From Rectinemataceae bacterium (GTDB lineage Bacteria; Spirochaetota; Spirochaetia; Treponematales; Rectinemataceae), in assembly GCA_049302175.1 (NCBI GenBank), contig JBAQLW010000360.1, positions 1-33,177 on the forward strand: a stretch of 33,177 nucleotides of DNA, given 5' to 3'. Position numbers and translations under genes: made by a program. Under the pieces are notes generated by a model. That model saw only the letters and a list, made by a program, of their open reading frames with translations, ran no database searches and was not told the origin of the DNA. Below are positions 19,186 through 26,217 of the stretch, in pieces (position 1 is the first letter of the stretch; every line of letters begins with the position of its first letter).

Positions 19186-19528
19186 GGCTTTTACTCCCCG
19201 CCTTTTGGGCCGAACTCAAGGGGATGCCCTGGGAGCCGAGCGAAGTGGCTGAGTTCTTTTCGGCTGGAGCCAGGAGTATTCTCAGCTTTTCCTCGGGCAG
19301 GGCTTTTTTGAGGCCAAGCCGTGTCGCCATGGCTTCCGTACGCTCGCGGCTGGAAAGAAGGGCGATTTCGGCCTCGATCTTGCGATTCTCGGCGATCCAG
19401 GTCTCCTGCTCGGCTTCGAGCTCCCTGGCTCTGGATTTCAGGTCGGTGAAGCGGCTGGATTGCCATGCCATACCCAAGGCGAAGAGACCAGCGAGTAGCA
19501 TGAGAGTCCAGAAGCGTCCCAGCCTCAT
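19178..19528 (-). CDS. ftsL: FtsL-like bitopic division protein (TM plus coiled coil)
   Basis: 116 aa from the ATG at 19528, which overlaps the rsmH stop (ATGA). TM segment WTLMLLAGLFALGMAW is followed by a coiled coil (LKSRARELEAEQETWIAENRKIEAEIALL). Position between rsmH and murF. Called from topology and position only. Confidence 0.6.
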   Translation of the reverse strand: MRLGRFWTLMLLAGLFALGMAWQSSRFTDLKSRARELEAEQETWIAENRKIEAEIALLSSRERTEAMATRLGLKKALPEEKLRILLAPAEKNSATSLGSQGIPLSSAQKAGSKSHD

Positions 19529-20499
19529 ACATCCTCCCCGGAAGGCGCACGCAGGGCGCGCAGCTTGGCCGATCGGGAAGGAGGATTCGCCGCGCATTCT
19601 TCGTCGCTGGGCAGGCGGGGCGTCTTGTAGATTTCCTTATAGCCCCTGTTCCTTCCGTAATCGCGGCAGAGGAGCTTCGCGATGCGGTCTTCGAGGGAGT
19701 GAAAGGAGATGACGGCGAGTATTCCGCCCGGCGCGAGCATCGGCGCGGCCAGGGCAAGGGCCCTTCCTTCCCTCTCGAGTTCGCCGTTCACCTTGATTCG
19801 CAGGGCCTGGAATGTCCGGGTGGCGGGATGGATCCTTCCGTAACGGTAGGAGGAGGGCACGGCACCGGCGATGACGGACGCGAGAGCCTTGGCTGTCCTT
19901 ATCGGAGCATGCCTGCGCGATTCGACGATAGCCTTCGCTATCTGCCGTGAAAAACGCTCTTCGCCATACTGGAATATGATGTCGGCGAGTTCGCTCTCCC
20001 TCAGCTTGTTGACAAGATCATAGGCGGTAACTTCGAGGTCGGGAGAAAAGCGCATGTCGAGGGGTTCGTCGTTCGCAAAGGAAAAGCCCCTGCCCGAATC
20101 GAGGTAATGGTGCGTCGAAACGCCCAAGTCAAAAAGGATGAAGTCGGGTTTTCTGAAGCCTGGTTCAGCCACCCAGACCGCCAGAACTTCGTCGAAATAG
20201 CCAGGACGAATCTCCAGCCTGTCGGCATAGGGTCTGAGCCGGGCTGCCGAACGCTCGCGGGCTTCGGGATCGGCATCGATCCCGATATATCGGGCTTTCG
20301 AGCGCGAGAGGATAGCTTCCGCGTGGCCACCGGCTCCCAGGGTACAATCGACGACGAGAGCCTCGGGCTTTTCCAGCATATCGAAGAGTTCGACGATTTC
20401 CGCGAGCATGACGGGTTTATGCAGTTCCTGCATTTGCGGTTCCTGCATTTGCGGTTCCCGCGCCTGCGACTTCCGATCCGGACCCTCCTGCATAGCCAT
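19525..20499 (-). CDS. rsmH: 16S rRNA (cytosine1402-N4)-methyltransferase RsmH (MraW)
   Basis: HKPVMLAEIVELF, DCTLGAGGHAEAIL, FDLGVSTHHYL and ISFHSLEDRIAK motifs. The start is uncertain: ATGs at 20499, 20448 and 20433, the last two created by a 15-bp tandem duplication. Confidence 0.92.
   Translation of the reverse strand: MAMQEGPDRKSQAREPQMQEPQMQELHKPVMLAEIVELFDMLEKPEALVVDCTLGAGGHAEAILSRSKARYIGIDADPEARERSAARLRPYADRLEIRPGYFDEVLAVWVAEPGFRKPDFILFDLGVSTHHYLDSGRGFSFANDEPLDMRFSPDLEVTAYDLVNKLRESELADIIFQYGEERFSRQIAKAIVESRRHAPIRTAKALASVIAGAVPSSYRYGRIHPATRTFQALRIKVNGELEREGRALALAAPMLAPGGILAVISFHSLEDRIAKLLCRDYGRNRGYKEIYKTPRLPSDEECAANPPSRSAKLRALRAPSGEDV
20425..20454 (-). repeat. perfect 2 x 15-bp tandem duplication (ttcctgcatttgcgg on the + strand) plus a degenerate third copy, encoding QMQEP repeats at the rsmH 5' end
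   Basis: Read directly: 20425-20439 equals 20440-20454. 20455-20469 (ttcccgcgcctgcga) is a diverged copy. Confidence 0.9.
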
Positions 20500-20520
20500 C
20501 CTGACGCCTAGAGCGTCAGG
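20500..20520 (-). promoter_or_regulatory. GC-rich hairpin (8-bp perfect stem, 5-nt loop) spanning the mraZ stop and abutting the first rsmH ATG
   Basis: + strand cctgacgc-ctaga-gcgtcagg. The mraZ TAG (20508-20510) lies in the loop, and the stem ends 1 nt from the ATG at 20499. Confidence 0.5.
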
Positions 20521-20951
20521 CCCCCAAGCTCTTCGGCGGCGCTGAGGAATTCATCCTTGTTGTCTTCGAGATATTTCCTGTATTCGTCGGCGCTCCAGAT
20601 TTCGATGTATTTCGAAATGCCCAGGATGACGCACTCCCGTGAAAGCCCGGCCCACTCCCTCAGGCTCTGGGGGATGGATATCCTGCCGAGCCTGTCTATC
20701 TCGACTTCCTGGGCCGGAGCGATGATCCTGCGCTGGACAAGACGGGACTTGGCCTGAAAGAGGCTCGTGCTCGCCATGAGCTTCTGCGACAGCTCCTGCC
20801 ACTGCTGGGGGGGAAAGAGCCAGAGGCATTGATCGACACCCTGGGTCAGGACAAGCTCGATCCCTGGCAACTCGCTTCGCATGCGCGCGGGGAGAGAGAG
20901 TCGTCCTTTTTCGTCCAGCGTGTTCCTGAACTCACCAGTCAGTATACTCAT
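20508..20951 (-). CDS. mraZ: transcriptional regulator MraZ
   Basis: 147 aa from the ATG at 20951. MSILTGEFRNTLDEKGRLSLPARMR, with a second repeat (IDRLGRISIPQSLREW), gives the duplicated SpoVT/AbrB-like MraZ fold. The TTG at 20978 used by the ORF track would add 9 non-conserved residues. Confidence 0.92.
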   Translation of the reverse strand: MSILTGEFRNTLDEKGRLSLPARMRSELPGIELVLTQGVDQCLWLFPPQQWQELSQKLMASTSLFQAKSRLVQRRIIAPAQEVEIDRLGRISIPQSLREWAGLSRECVILGISKYIEIWSADEYRKYLEDNKDEFLSAAEELGGLTL

Positions 20952-20986
20952 GCCACTATTTCCTACTATTTCCCACAATTTACCAC
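20952..20986 (-). promoter_or_regulatory. putative MraZ operator: four direct repeats at exact 10-bp phasing (GTGGT-AAATT-GTGGG-AAATA-GTAGG-AAATA-GTGGC) ending at the mraZ ATG
   Basis: Read on the minus strand. Boxes at 20986..20982, 20976..20972, 20966..20962 and 20956..20952. Matches the known MraZ-box architecture of short G-rich direct repeats with 5-nt spacers. Confidence 0.6.
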
Positions 20987-20995
20987 TACAATCTC

Positions 20996-21023
20996 ATTCT
21001 ATCCTCTAAATGATTACTGTCAA
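20996..21023 (-). promoter_or_regulatory. putative sigma70-type promoter of mraZ and the dcw array (TTGACA - 16 nt - TAGAAT)
   Basis: Minus strand: -35 TTGACA at 21023..21018 and -10 TAGAAT at 21001..20996, inside the only AT-rich gap upstream of the array. Confidence 0.55.
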
Positions 21024-21191
21024 CGAAGTTGAGGTAGAAAGAATCGACAGAAACAATATTTTTTCGCAATTTGACTACACTAATGTATAGGTATAGCGCG
21101 ATGAGACAATTTCAGGGGTTTTCCGAACTTCATGGAGAAAGGGAAAGAGGATCGGCGCCTCCGTCAGGTTACAGGGTGTCGACGGAAAGCG

Positions 21192-22451
21192 TCAGTTCAA
21201 GGCCCCGCTCAAAAGCTCCCGGGCCAAGCCGCGGAGAGAGGCTGTGTCGACCTGAGGATGGGCGAAAACGCGGATCTTCCTGAGGGACTGCACCAGACCC
21301 TTCAGCGAATCATGGCCAAAAACCCTGGTGCGGAGCGCGAAAGGCTCGAGTCCTTCGCGGGTTTTCACCATCAGGTTGGTCTCGAAATCGATCGGCTCGG
21401 GAATATCGATGACGATGGAGGATTCCCCGATTTCGGCGGCCATGGCGAGGGCGGCTTCGGCTTCCAGCCTCCTGTCCAGATTGTCCAGATCGGCATGGAT
21501 CATGTTTTCCGGATTGTACGCGACCTCTCCAATGAGGGTGTAGAGTCTGCCAGCGAAGGCATCCTTCACCGGCTGGAGCATGGGCGAAGTATTGCCGGCG
21601 ACGAGGCTCCTGAACCCGGCATCATCGAGCCCGTAGAGGCTCTCGGGTTGGATAATTCCCGCCGACAGTCCCATGAGGACAGATTTCTTGGCCATTGAGG
21701 TGGCCGAGCGCACCGTATGATGCCAGTACACGGATCGGTACATCTGGTATTTGGAGAAAAGCAGGGCTTCGATGCTCATCTCGCCGCGCGCGTCGACGCA
21801 GAGCCCGTCCCCTTCGACAAGGATGTGACGCAAAATGAAATCAGCGTCCTGGATTCCATAGGGCACGCCGCAGTAAAAGGCATCCCGCGTTAGATAGTCG
21901 ATCTTGTCCGGATCGAGGACCCCCGAGAGAATGCGTCTGAACAGGGCAGTCTCGCGGTCTTCGGGAGAAGGACGGTCGCCGTCGATTATGGACGCGACCT
22001 GTTCGGGCTCGGCCCCGCTGCGCAGAATGACTGAGCGGAGGGGCTCCCTCTGGACGAGATCGCCAGCCAGGGCTTCATGGGGAGCCAAGGGAAGCTCCTT
22101 GAGCGAATGGGCGAAGGGGTAATGTCCCAAGTCGTGGAAGAGGGCGGAGACAAGGAGGGAACGGAGCCCCTCGACGCTGACGAAGGGAATCTGACCGCGT
22201 TCGATGAGGGAGAGGGCCAGTCGGCGGGCGATATGGTAGACACCAAGGCTGTGCCCCCTCCGCGTATGGGTCGCCCCAGGGTAAAGATGGGCTACGGGAC
22301 CGAGCTGCCTCACCCCGTCCAGGGCGAGAAAAGTTTGGGTCCTCGCGAGGGCGAAGAGGGAATCGTCGAACTGGATATCACCCCAGACGGGATCGCGGAT
22401 GACATTGTCGAAACCTCGTGAAATCGAAAGCAGAAGATCGATGTCCGGCAT
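21192..22451 (-). CDS. HD-domain phosphohydrolase (COG1078 / SAMHD1-like dNTPase family)
   Basis: IRDPVWGDIQFD...DGVRQLGPVAHLYPGATHTRRGHSLGVYHIARRL...LFHDLGHYPFAHSLE...DKIDYLTRDAFYCG. I chose the ATG at 22451 (AAGGAG 4 nt upstream). The 65 upstream residues of the track ORF are low complexity and would overlap the divergent rlmM start at 22636. Confidence 0.82.
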   Translation of the reverse strand: MPDIDLLLSISRGFDNVIRDPVWGDIQFDDSLFALARTQTFLALDGVRQLGPVAHLYPGATHTRRGHSLGVYHIARRLALSLIERGQIPFVSVEGLRSLLVSALFHDLGHYPFAHSLKELPLAPHEALAGDLVQREPLRSVILRSGAEPEQVASIIDGDRPSPEDRETALFRRILSGVLDPDKIDYLTRDAFYCGVPYGIQDADFILRHILVEGDGLCVDARGEMSIEALLFSKYQMYRSVYWHHTVRSATSMAKKSVLMGLSAGIIQPESLYGLDDAGFRSLVAGNTSPMLQPVKDAFAGRLYTLIGEVAYNPENMIHADLDNLDRRLEAEAALAMAAEIGESSIVIDIPEPIDFETNLMVKTREGLEPFALRTRVFGHDSLKGLVQSLRKIRVFAHPQVDTASLRGLARELLSGALN

Positions 22452-22635
22452 AGGGCTCCTTGATCGACGCGGCGCGCCTGCGCCACCCCCATTGTCTAGC
22501 ACAGCCGGCCCGGCATCGCAAGAGGAAGGGCGCGATGTGGACGAGCGCGGCATGGAAAGGTGCGACGCGAATGGAACTGTCGCCGGGAGGAGCAGGGGCC
22601 GTTGAGGAATTCCGGCGAATTTGCTATGGTGAGCC

Positions 22636-23589
22636 ATGCAGTTCATGAAAGGAACGGCCTACCTCGCGGCCAGGGGTTTTCTGAGCCACCTTCTCGAAGA
22701 ACTGCCTGACTATACGAGGCTGGACGGCGAGCTCGTCGGCAGATGGGGTCCCGCTGCCACCGGCGCGGACGCTGTCCCCGACGCCTCCGATTCCCCCGCT
22801 CCGTATTGGACGCGCAATGTCTGGCAGGAGCCCTTCCTCCTCGAGTTCGATTCCATCTCCCAGGCGGTCAAGACCCTGCGTTCCATGCAGCGCAACTGGG
22901 CGGCCTATCCTACCCGGCTCCATCGGAGGACGGCCCTCATCGCTGAAGCCCTGCCTCCCCTCCCCCTCAAGTCGAAGGCTTTCCCCTTCATTCTGCCCAA
23001 GTCCCCCATGGGAAGCTTCACCCTCCTCGACGAACATCTTCTCCTCGGATCGGCCGCCTGCTCGAGCCCCTTCCCGAATGGCGAGTTTTCCTTCGTCGAG
23101 GACAAGGTCGGCCCTCCGTCGCGCGCGTACAGGAAACTCTGGGAAGCCCTTCTCTACGCTGGAAGGCTGCCCGGGCCGGGTGAGCGCTGCCTGGACGCCG
23201 GCGCCAGTCCCGGCGGCTGGACCTGGGCTCTCGCCAGCCTCGGCGCCGGCGTCCTCGCCGTCGACAGGGCTCCCCTCGACGATTCCGTGGCCGCGATGCC
23301 GGGCGTGCGCTATCTGAAGCACGACGCATTCACGCTGCGCCCCGAAGAACTCGAGCCCGTCGACTGGCTCTTCTCCGACGTCATCTGCTACCCCGAAGCC
23401 CTCTACGATTGGATTTCGGCATGCAGGGAATCGAGGTTCGCGAAAAACTACATATGCACGATAAAGATGCAGGGCGCTTCCTTCGACAGGGCGACGACCG
23501 ACAGGTTCGCGGCGATCCCCGGCTCGAAGGTCATCCATCTCTGGCACAACAGGCATGAACTCACCTGGATAAATCTGGCTTCTGGGTAA
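22636..23589 (+). CDS. rlmM: RlmM-like SAM-dependent rRNA 2'-O-ribose methyltransferase (FtsJ fold)
   Basis: PPSRAYRKLWEAL, SAM-binding CLDAGASPGGWTWAL, VDWLFSDVICYP and HLWHNRHELTW line up with E. coli RlmM motifs. The opposite-strand 310-aa ORF is a codon-aligned shadow. Confidence 0.68.
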   Translation: MQFMKGTAYLAARGFLSHLLEELPDYTRLDGELVGRWGPAATGADAVPDASDSPAPYWTRNVWQEPFLLEFDSISQAVKTLRSMQRNWAAYPTRLHRRTALIAEALPPLPLKSKAFPFILPKSPMGSFTLLDEHLLLGSAACSSPFPNGEFSFVEDKVGPPSRAYRKLWEALLYAGRLPGPGERCLDAGASPGGWTWALASLGAGVLAVDRAPLDDSVAAMPGVRYLKHDAFTLRPEELEPVDWLFSDVICYPEALYDWISACRESRFAKNYICTIKMQGASFDRATTDRFAAIPGSKVIHLWHNRHELTWINLASG

Positions 23590-23783
23590 ATTTGGCCTTC
23601 ATGCGCGTCAGCATTTCCCTGCGCATGTCTTCCTCGGATCGCGCGGATTCGACGGGATCTTCAGCCTGGATCAATTTGGCGAGTAATTCCTTGAGAAATG
23701 GCGACGGCGCGGTGTCGACCGCCTCAAGGATCGTCGACGTCGATCGGTAGTTCTTTCAAGGTTGCCGATGCCTGGAACGCGAC

Positions 23784-24266
23784 TCAGAGCGTTTTGAAGA
23801 AAATCGAGCGGGTTCCAGCTCCCAGGAGGGCCACGAGAATGGCCACGATGATTCCGGCGACGATCACCCCGCCCACGATGGCGATGCTGGCCTTTTTCCT
23901 GTCCATGCCGAGGATCCAGGCTCCGAGGGTGCCCGTCCAGGCGCCCGTGACCGGAAGGGGTATAGCCACGAAGATGAGAAGGCCCCAATAGCCGTATTTC
24001 TCAACCTTGCGATGAACTTTAAGCCTGGTCTTTTCGACGAATCGATCGAAGAAGCCTCTGTACCAGGCGAATCTGTACAGTAGCTTGTGGAAGGTGGAGA
24101 GAAACAGAAACGCGAGGAGAGGAACGAGGGCGTTGATGGCCGTGCAGATGAGGGCTGCCTGAATGACATCCATCCCCCTGAGGACGGCAAAGGGAATAGC
24201 TCCCCTCAATTCCGAAATCGGAAGGAGAGAGAGAAGGGCGGAAAACAACAGGGTTGTCGGGTTCAT
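23784..24266 (-). CDS. small polytopic membrane protein, 'small multidrug export protein' family (COG2426-like)
   Basis: 160 aa with about four TM segments. N-terminal LPISELRGAIPFA and later PLPVTGAWTG motifs are recalled as typical of this family. Function is unproven. Confidence 0.6.
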   Translation of the reverse strand: MNPTTLLFSALLSLLPISELRGAIPFAVLRGMDVIQAALICTAINALVPLLAFLFLSTFHKLLYRFAWYRGFFDRFVEKTRLKVHRKVEKYGYWGLLIFVAIPLPVTGAWTGTLGAWILGMDRKKASIAIVGGVIVAGIIVAILVALLGAGTRSIFFKTL

Positions 24267-24325
24267 CGCGGGCGATTATAGCCGCTTTGGATGAAGAGGA
24301 AAAGGAGTTCCATGCCTCCCTGCCC

Positions 24326-25246
24326 CTATTTGCCGAGAAGCCTGTCGGTGTGCCGCGTTATGGCGGCAGGGTCGGCGAGGTCCAAGGGCAGCAATACTTT
24401 TGTGCCCGGCACGGCGAGGCTTCTGAGCGCTTCGATATACGCCTCCGCCACCCTGAGCGAGGCCGCTTCCGCTCCGTTGGGGAGAGAGACAGCGCCCGCT
24501 ATCCTCTCGATGGATTCGGCGGTCGCCTTCGCGATGGCGAGAATTTCGGCTGCCCTTCCCTCGGCCTCGTTGATGGAACGCTGCTTTTCGCCCGTGCTCT
24601 TGTTGACTGCCTCCTCCATGCTCGCCATGGAATAATTGATCTTGCTCTCCATAACGCCAAGGCTCTTCGCAATTTCGGCGCGTTTGTCGCGCTCGGCCTT
24701 CATCTGAAGTTCCATCGACCTGAGGACGGTGTCGGGCACCTTGATGTTCTGTATCTCGTAGCGTGTCACCTTGATGCCCCAAGGCGAGGCCGCCTCATCC
24801 AGAGCCCGCACCACCAAAGCGTTGATGGCGCTCCGCTCTTCGAAGGTCCTGTCCAGCTCGAGCTTTCCCACCACGGCCCTTATGGTAGTCTGGGCCAGGC
24901 ATATGCATGCGAAGTGGTAGTCGGTAACTCCGTAGCTCGCCCGTTTAGCGTCCATGACACGCAGATAGAGAACCCCGTCCACATGAACTTTGACATTGTC
25001 GGCGGTAAAACACTCCTGGGAAGGCACGTCTATGGCCTGTTCCTTGAGGGTGTGCCTGTATGCCACCCTGTCGAGGAAGGGGATAAGGACATGGAATCCC
25101 GCCTCAAGGCTGGAGGAGTAGCGCCCGAGGCGTTCCACGATGCTTGTCGACTGAGCCGGGACGATGCGGATTGAACGGAAGAGCTGGATGGCGACAAGAA
25201 GACCGAAAGCGCCCGTCAGCACATAGAGTGGCAGAAGGGGATTCAT
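24326..25246 (-). CDS. SPFH/Band 7 (stomatin/paraslipin-like) membrane protein, copy 2
   Basis: 306 aa. N-terminal TM segment, SPFH core (IVERLGRYSSSLEAGFHVLIPFLDRVAYRHTLKEQAIDVPSQECFTADNVKVHVDGVLYLRV) and a coiled-coil tail. ATGA overlap with copy 1. Confidence 0.92.
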   Translation of the reverse strand: MNPLLPLYVLTGAFGLLVAIQLFRSIRIVPAQSTSIVERLGRYSSSLEAGFHVLIPFLDRVAYRHTLKEQAIDVPSQECFTADNVKVHVDGVLYLRVMDAKRASYGVTDYHFACICLAQTTIRAVVGKLELDRTFEERSAINALVVRALDEAASPWGIKVTRYEIQNIKVPDTVLRSMELQMKAERDKRAEIAKSLGVMESKINYSMASMEEAVNKSTGEKQRSINEAEGRAAEILAIAKATAESIERIAGAVSLPNGAEAASLRVAEAYIEALRSLAVPGTKVLLPLDLADPAAITRHTDRLLGK

Positions 25247-26217
25247 GACTGTCCTCCCTGGCGTAGCGCCTTCTCTCTTACCCGCTCAATAGCCGGTTCC
25301 AGCGGGGCGAGGTCGGATTTCTGCAGGCCGAGGACTTCGGCCAGGCCGCGCAGTTCGGCGAGCTTCTCCGGCATGACATAGGAGTTCGCCTGCCCCAGTA
25401 TCTGGCCCAGCCTTTCGATATACTGATCGGCGAGACGCAGGGTCATGGCCGATTTGCCCCCAGGGGAGGCAAGGGCTTTGGCGATCAAACCCAAACCCTC
25501 GGCAGTGGCCTTGCTCACGATCTCGATGGCGCTCGCCCTTCCGTCCGCCTGGTTGATAGTGCGTGTCTTTTCGCCGACGGAGATGTTGATCGCCTGTTCG
25601 CGGTCGCCCTTCGAGACGTTGATGCGGCTTTCCTTGACGCCCTCGCTGGCGAGAATCTCCGCCCGCTTCTCGCGCTCGGCCCGCATCTGCCTTTCCATCG
25701 CCTCGGTGATGACCTCGCTCGGCGTGATCGAACGCACTTCGTAGCGCGTCACCTTGATGCCCCATGGGTCGGTCGCTTCGTCCACGGCCTTGACGATGTT
25801 GTCGTTTATGAGTTCTCTCTCGGCAAAGCTCTTGTCGAGTTCGATCTTGCCTATCTCCGATCGCATGGTCGTCTTCGCGAGTTGGACAGTGGCAAAGCGA
25901 TAGTTGTCGATGCCATAGCTGGCGAGGACGGGATCGAAGATCTTGTAATACAGTATGCCATCGACGGTGACCTGGACATTATCCGACGTGATGCATACCT
26001 GGGGCTCGACGTCGATCACATCCTCCTTGAGCTGGTGCTTGTATGCCACCCTCTCCACAAAGGGCATGAGAAGATGGATGCCTGAATCCAGGGTTTTCCT
26101 GTATTTGCCGAGCAATTCCACTACATAGGCTTTCTGTTCGGGAACGATGACGATAAAGCGGAAAAGCGCCAGGATAGCGGCCAGCGCCAGGGCATAAGCG
26201 GCGATGATTCCTATCAT
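25243..26217 (-). CDS. SPFH/Band 7 (stomatin/paraslipin-like) membrane protein, copy 1
   Basis: 324 aa, clearly a paralogue of the downstream gene (VVELLGKYRKTLDSGIHLLMPFVERVAYKHQLKEDVIDVEPQVCITSDNVQVTVDGILYYKI). ATGA overlap with the nfeD stop. Confidence 0.92.
   Translation of the reverse strand: MIGIIAAYALALAAILALFRFIVIVPEQKAYVVELLGKYRKTLDSGIHLLMPFVERVAYKHQLKEDVIDVEPQVCITSDNVQVTVDGILYYKIFDPVLASYGIDNYRFATVQLAKTTMRSEIGKIELDKSFAERELINDNIVKAVDEATDPWGIKVTRYEVRSITPSEVITEAMERQMRAEREKRAEILASEGVKESRINVSKGDREQAINISVGEKTRTINQADGRASAIEIVSKATAEGLGLIAKALASPGGKSAMTLRLADQYIERLGQILGQANSYVMPEKLAELRGLAEVLGLQKSDLAPLEPAIERVREKALRQGGQS

Noticed and set aside
21031-21191. The AT-rich spacer upstream of the mraZ promoter contains a 70-aa + strand ORF (21071-21283) and an imperfect palindrome (ctacactaatgtataggtatag).
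   Set aside because: The ORF runs antisense into the HD gene and has an implausible composition. The palindrome is weak (5/6 outer matches) and has no second copy. The region is more likely UP-element or spacer DNA.
21192-22451. Reading the HD-domain dNTPase-like protein as an anti-phage dNTP-depletion defence gene.
   Set aside because: It is a single gene embedded in core division and rRNA-modification genes, with no partner genes, mobile context or compositional anomaly. COG1078 proteins are widespread housekeeping genes.
23542-23557. TGGCAC followed by GCAT on the + strand, resembling a sigma54 -24/-12 promoter. A second TGGCAC occurs inside holB at about 652.
   Set aside because: The spacing between GG and GC is wrong (GC falls 1-2 nt early, with no TTGC). 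Both sites are inside coding sequence with no downstream gene to drive.
23641-23660. GGATTCGA / TCGAATCC, a T-loop-like motif suggesting a tRNA in the 23590-23783 gap.
   Set aside because: No complementary T-stem, acceptor stem or anticodon arm can be drawn around it.
23671-23988. 105-aa minus-strand ORF overlapping the end of the membrane-protein gene.
   Set aside because: It is out of frame with the membrane-protein gene, and its translation is Arg/His/Gly-rich low complexity. It is a compositional artefact.
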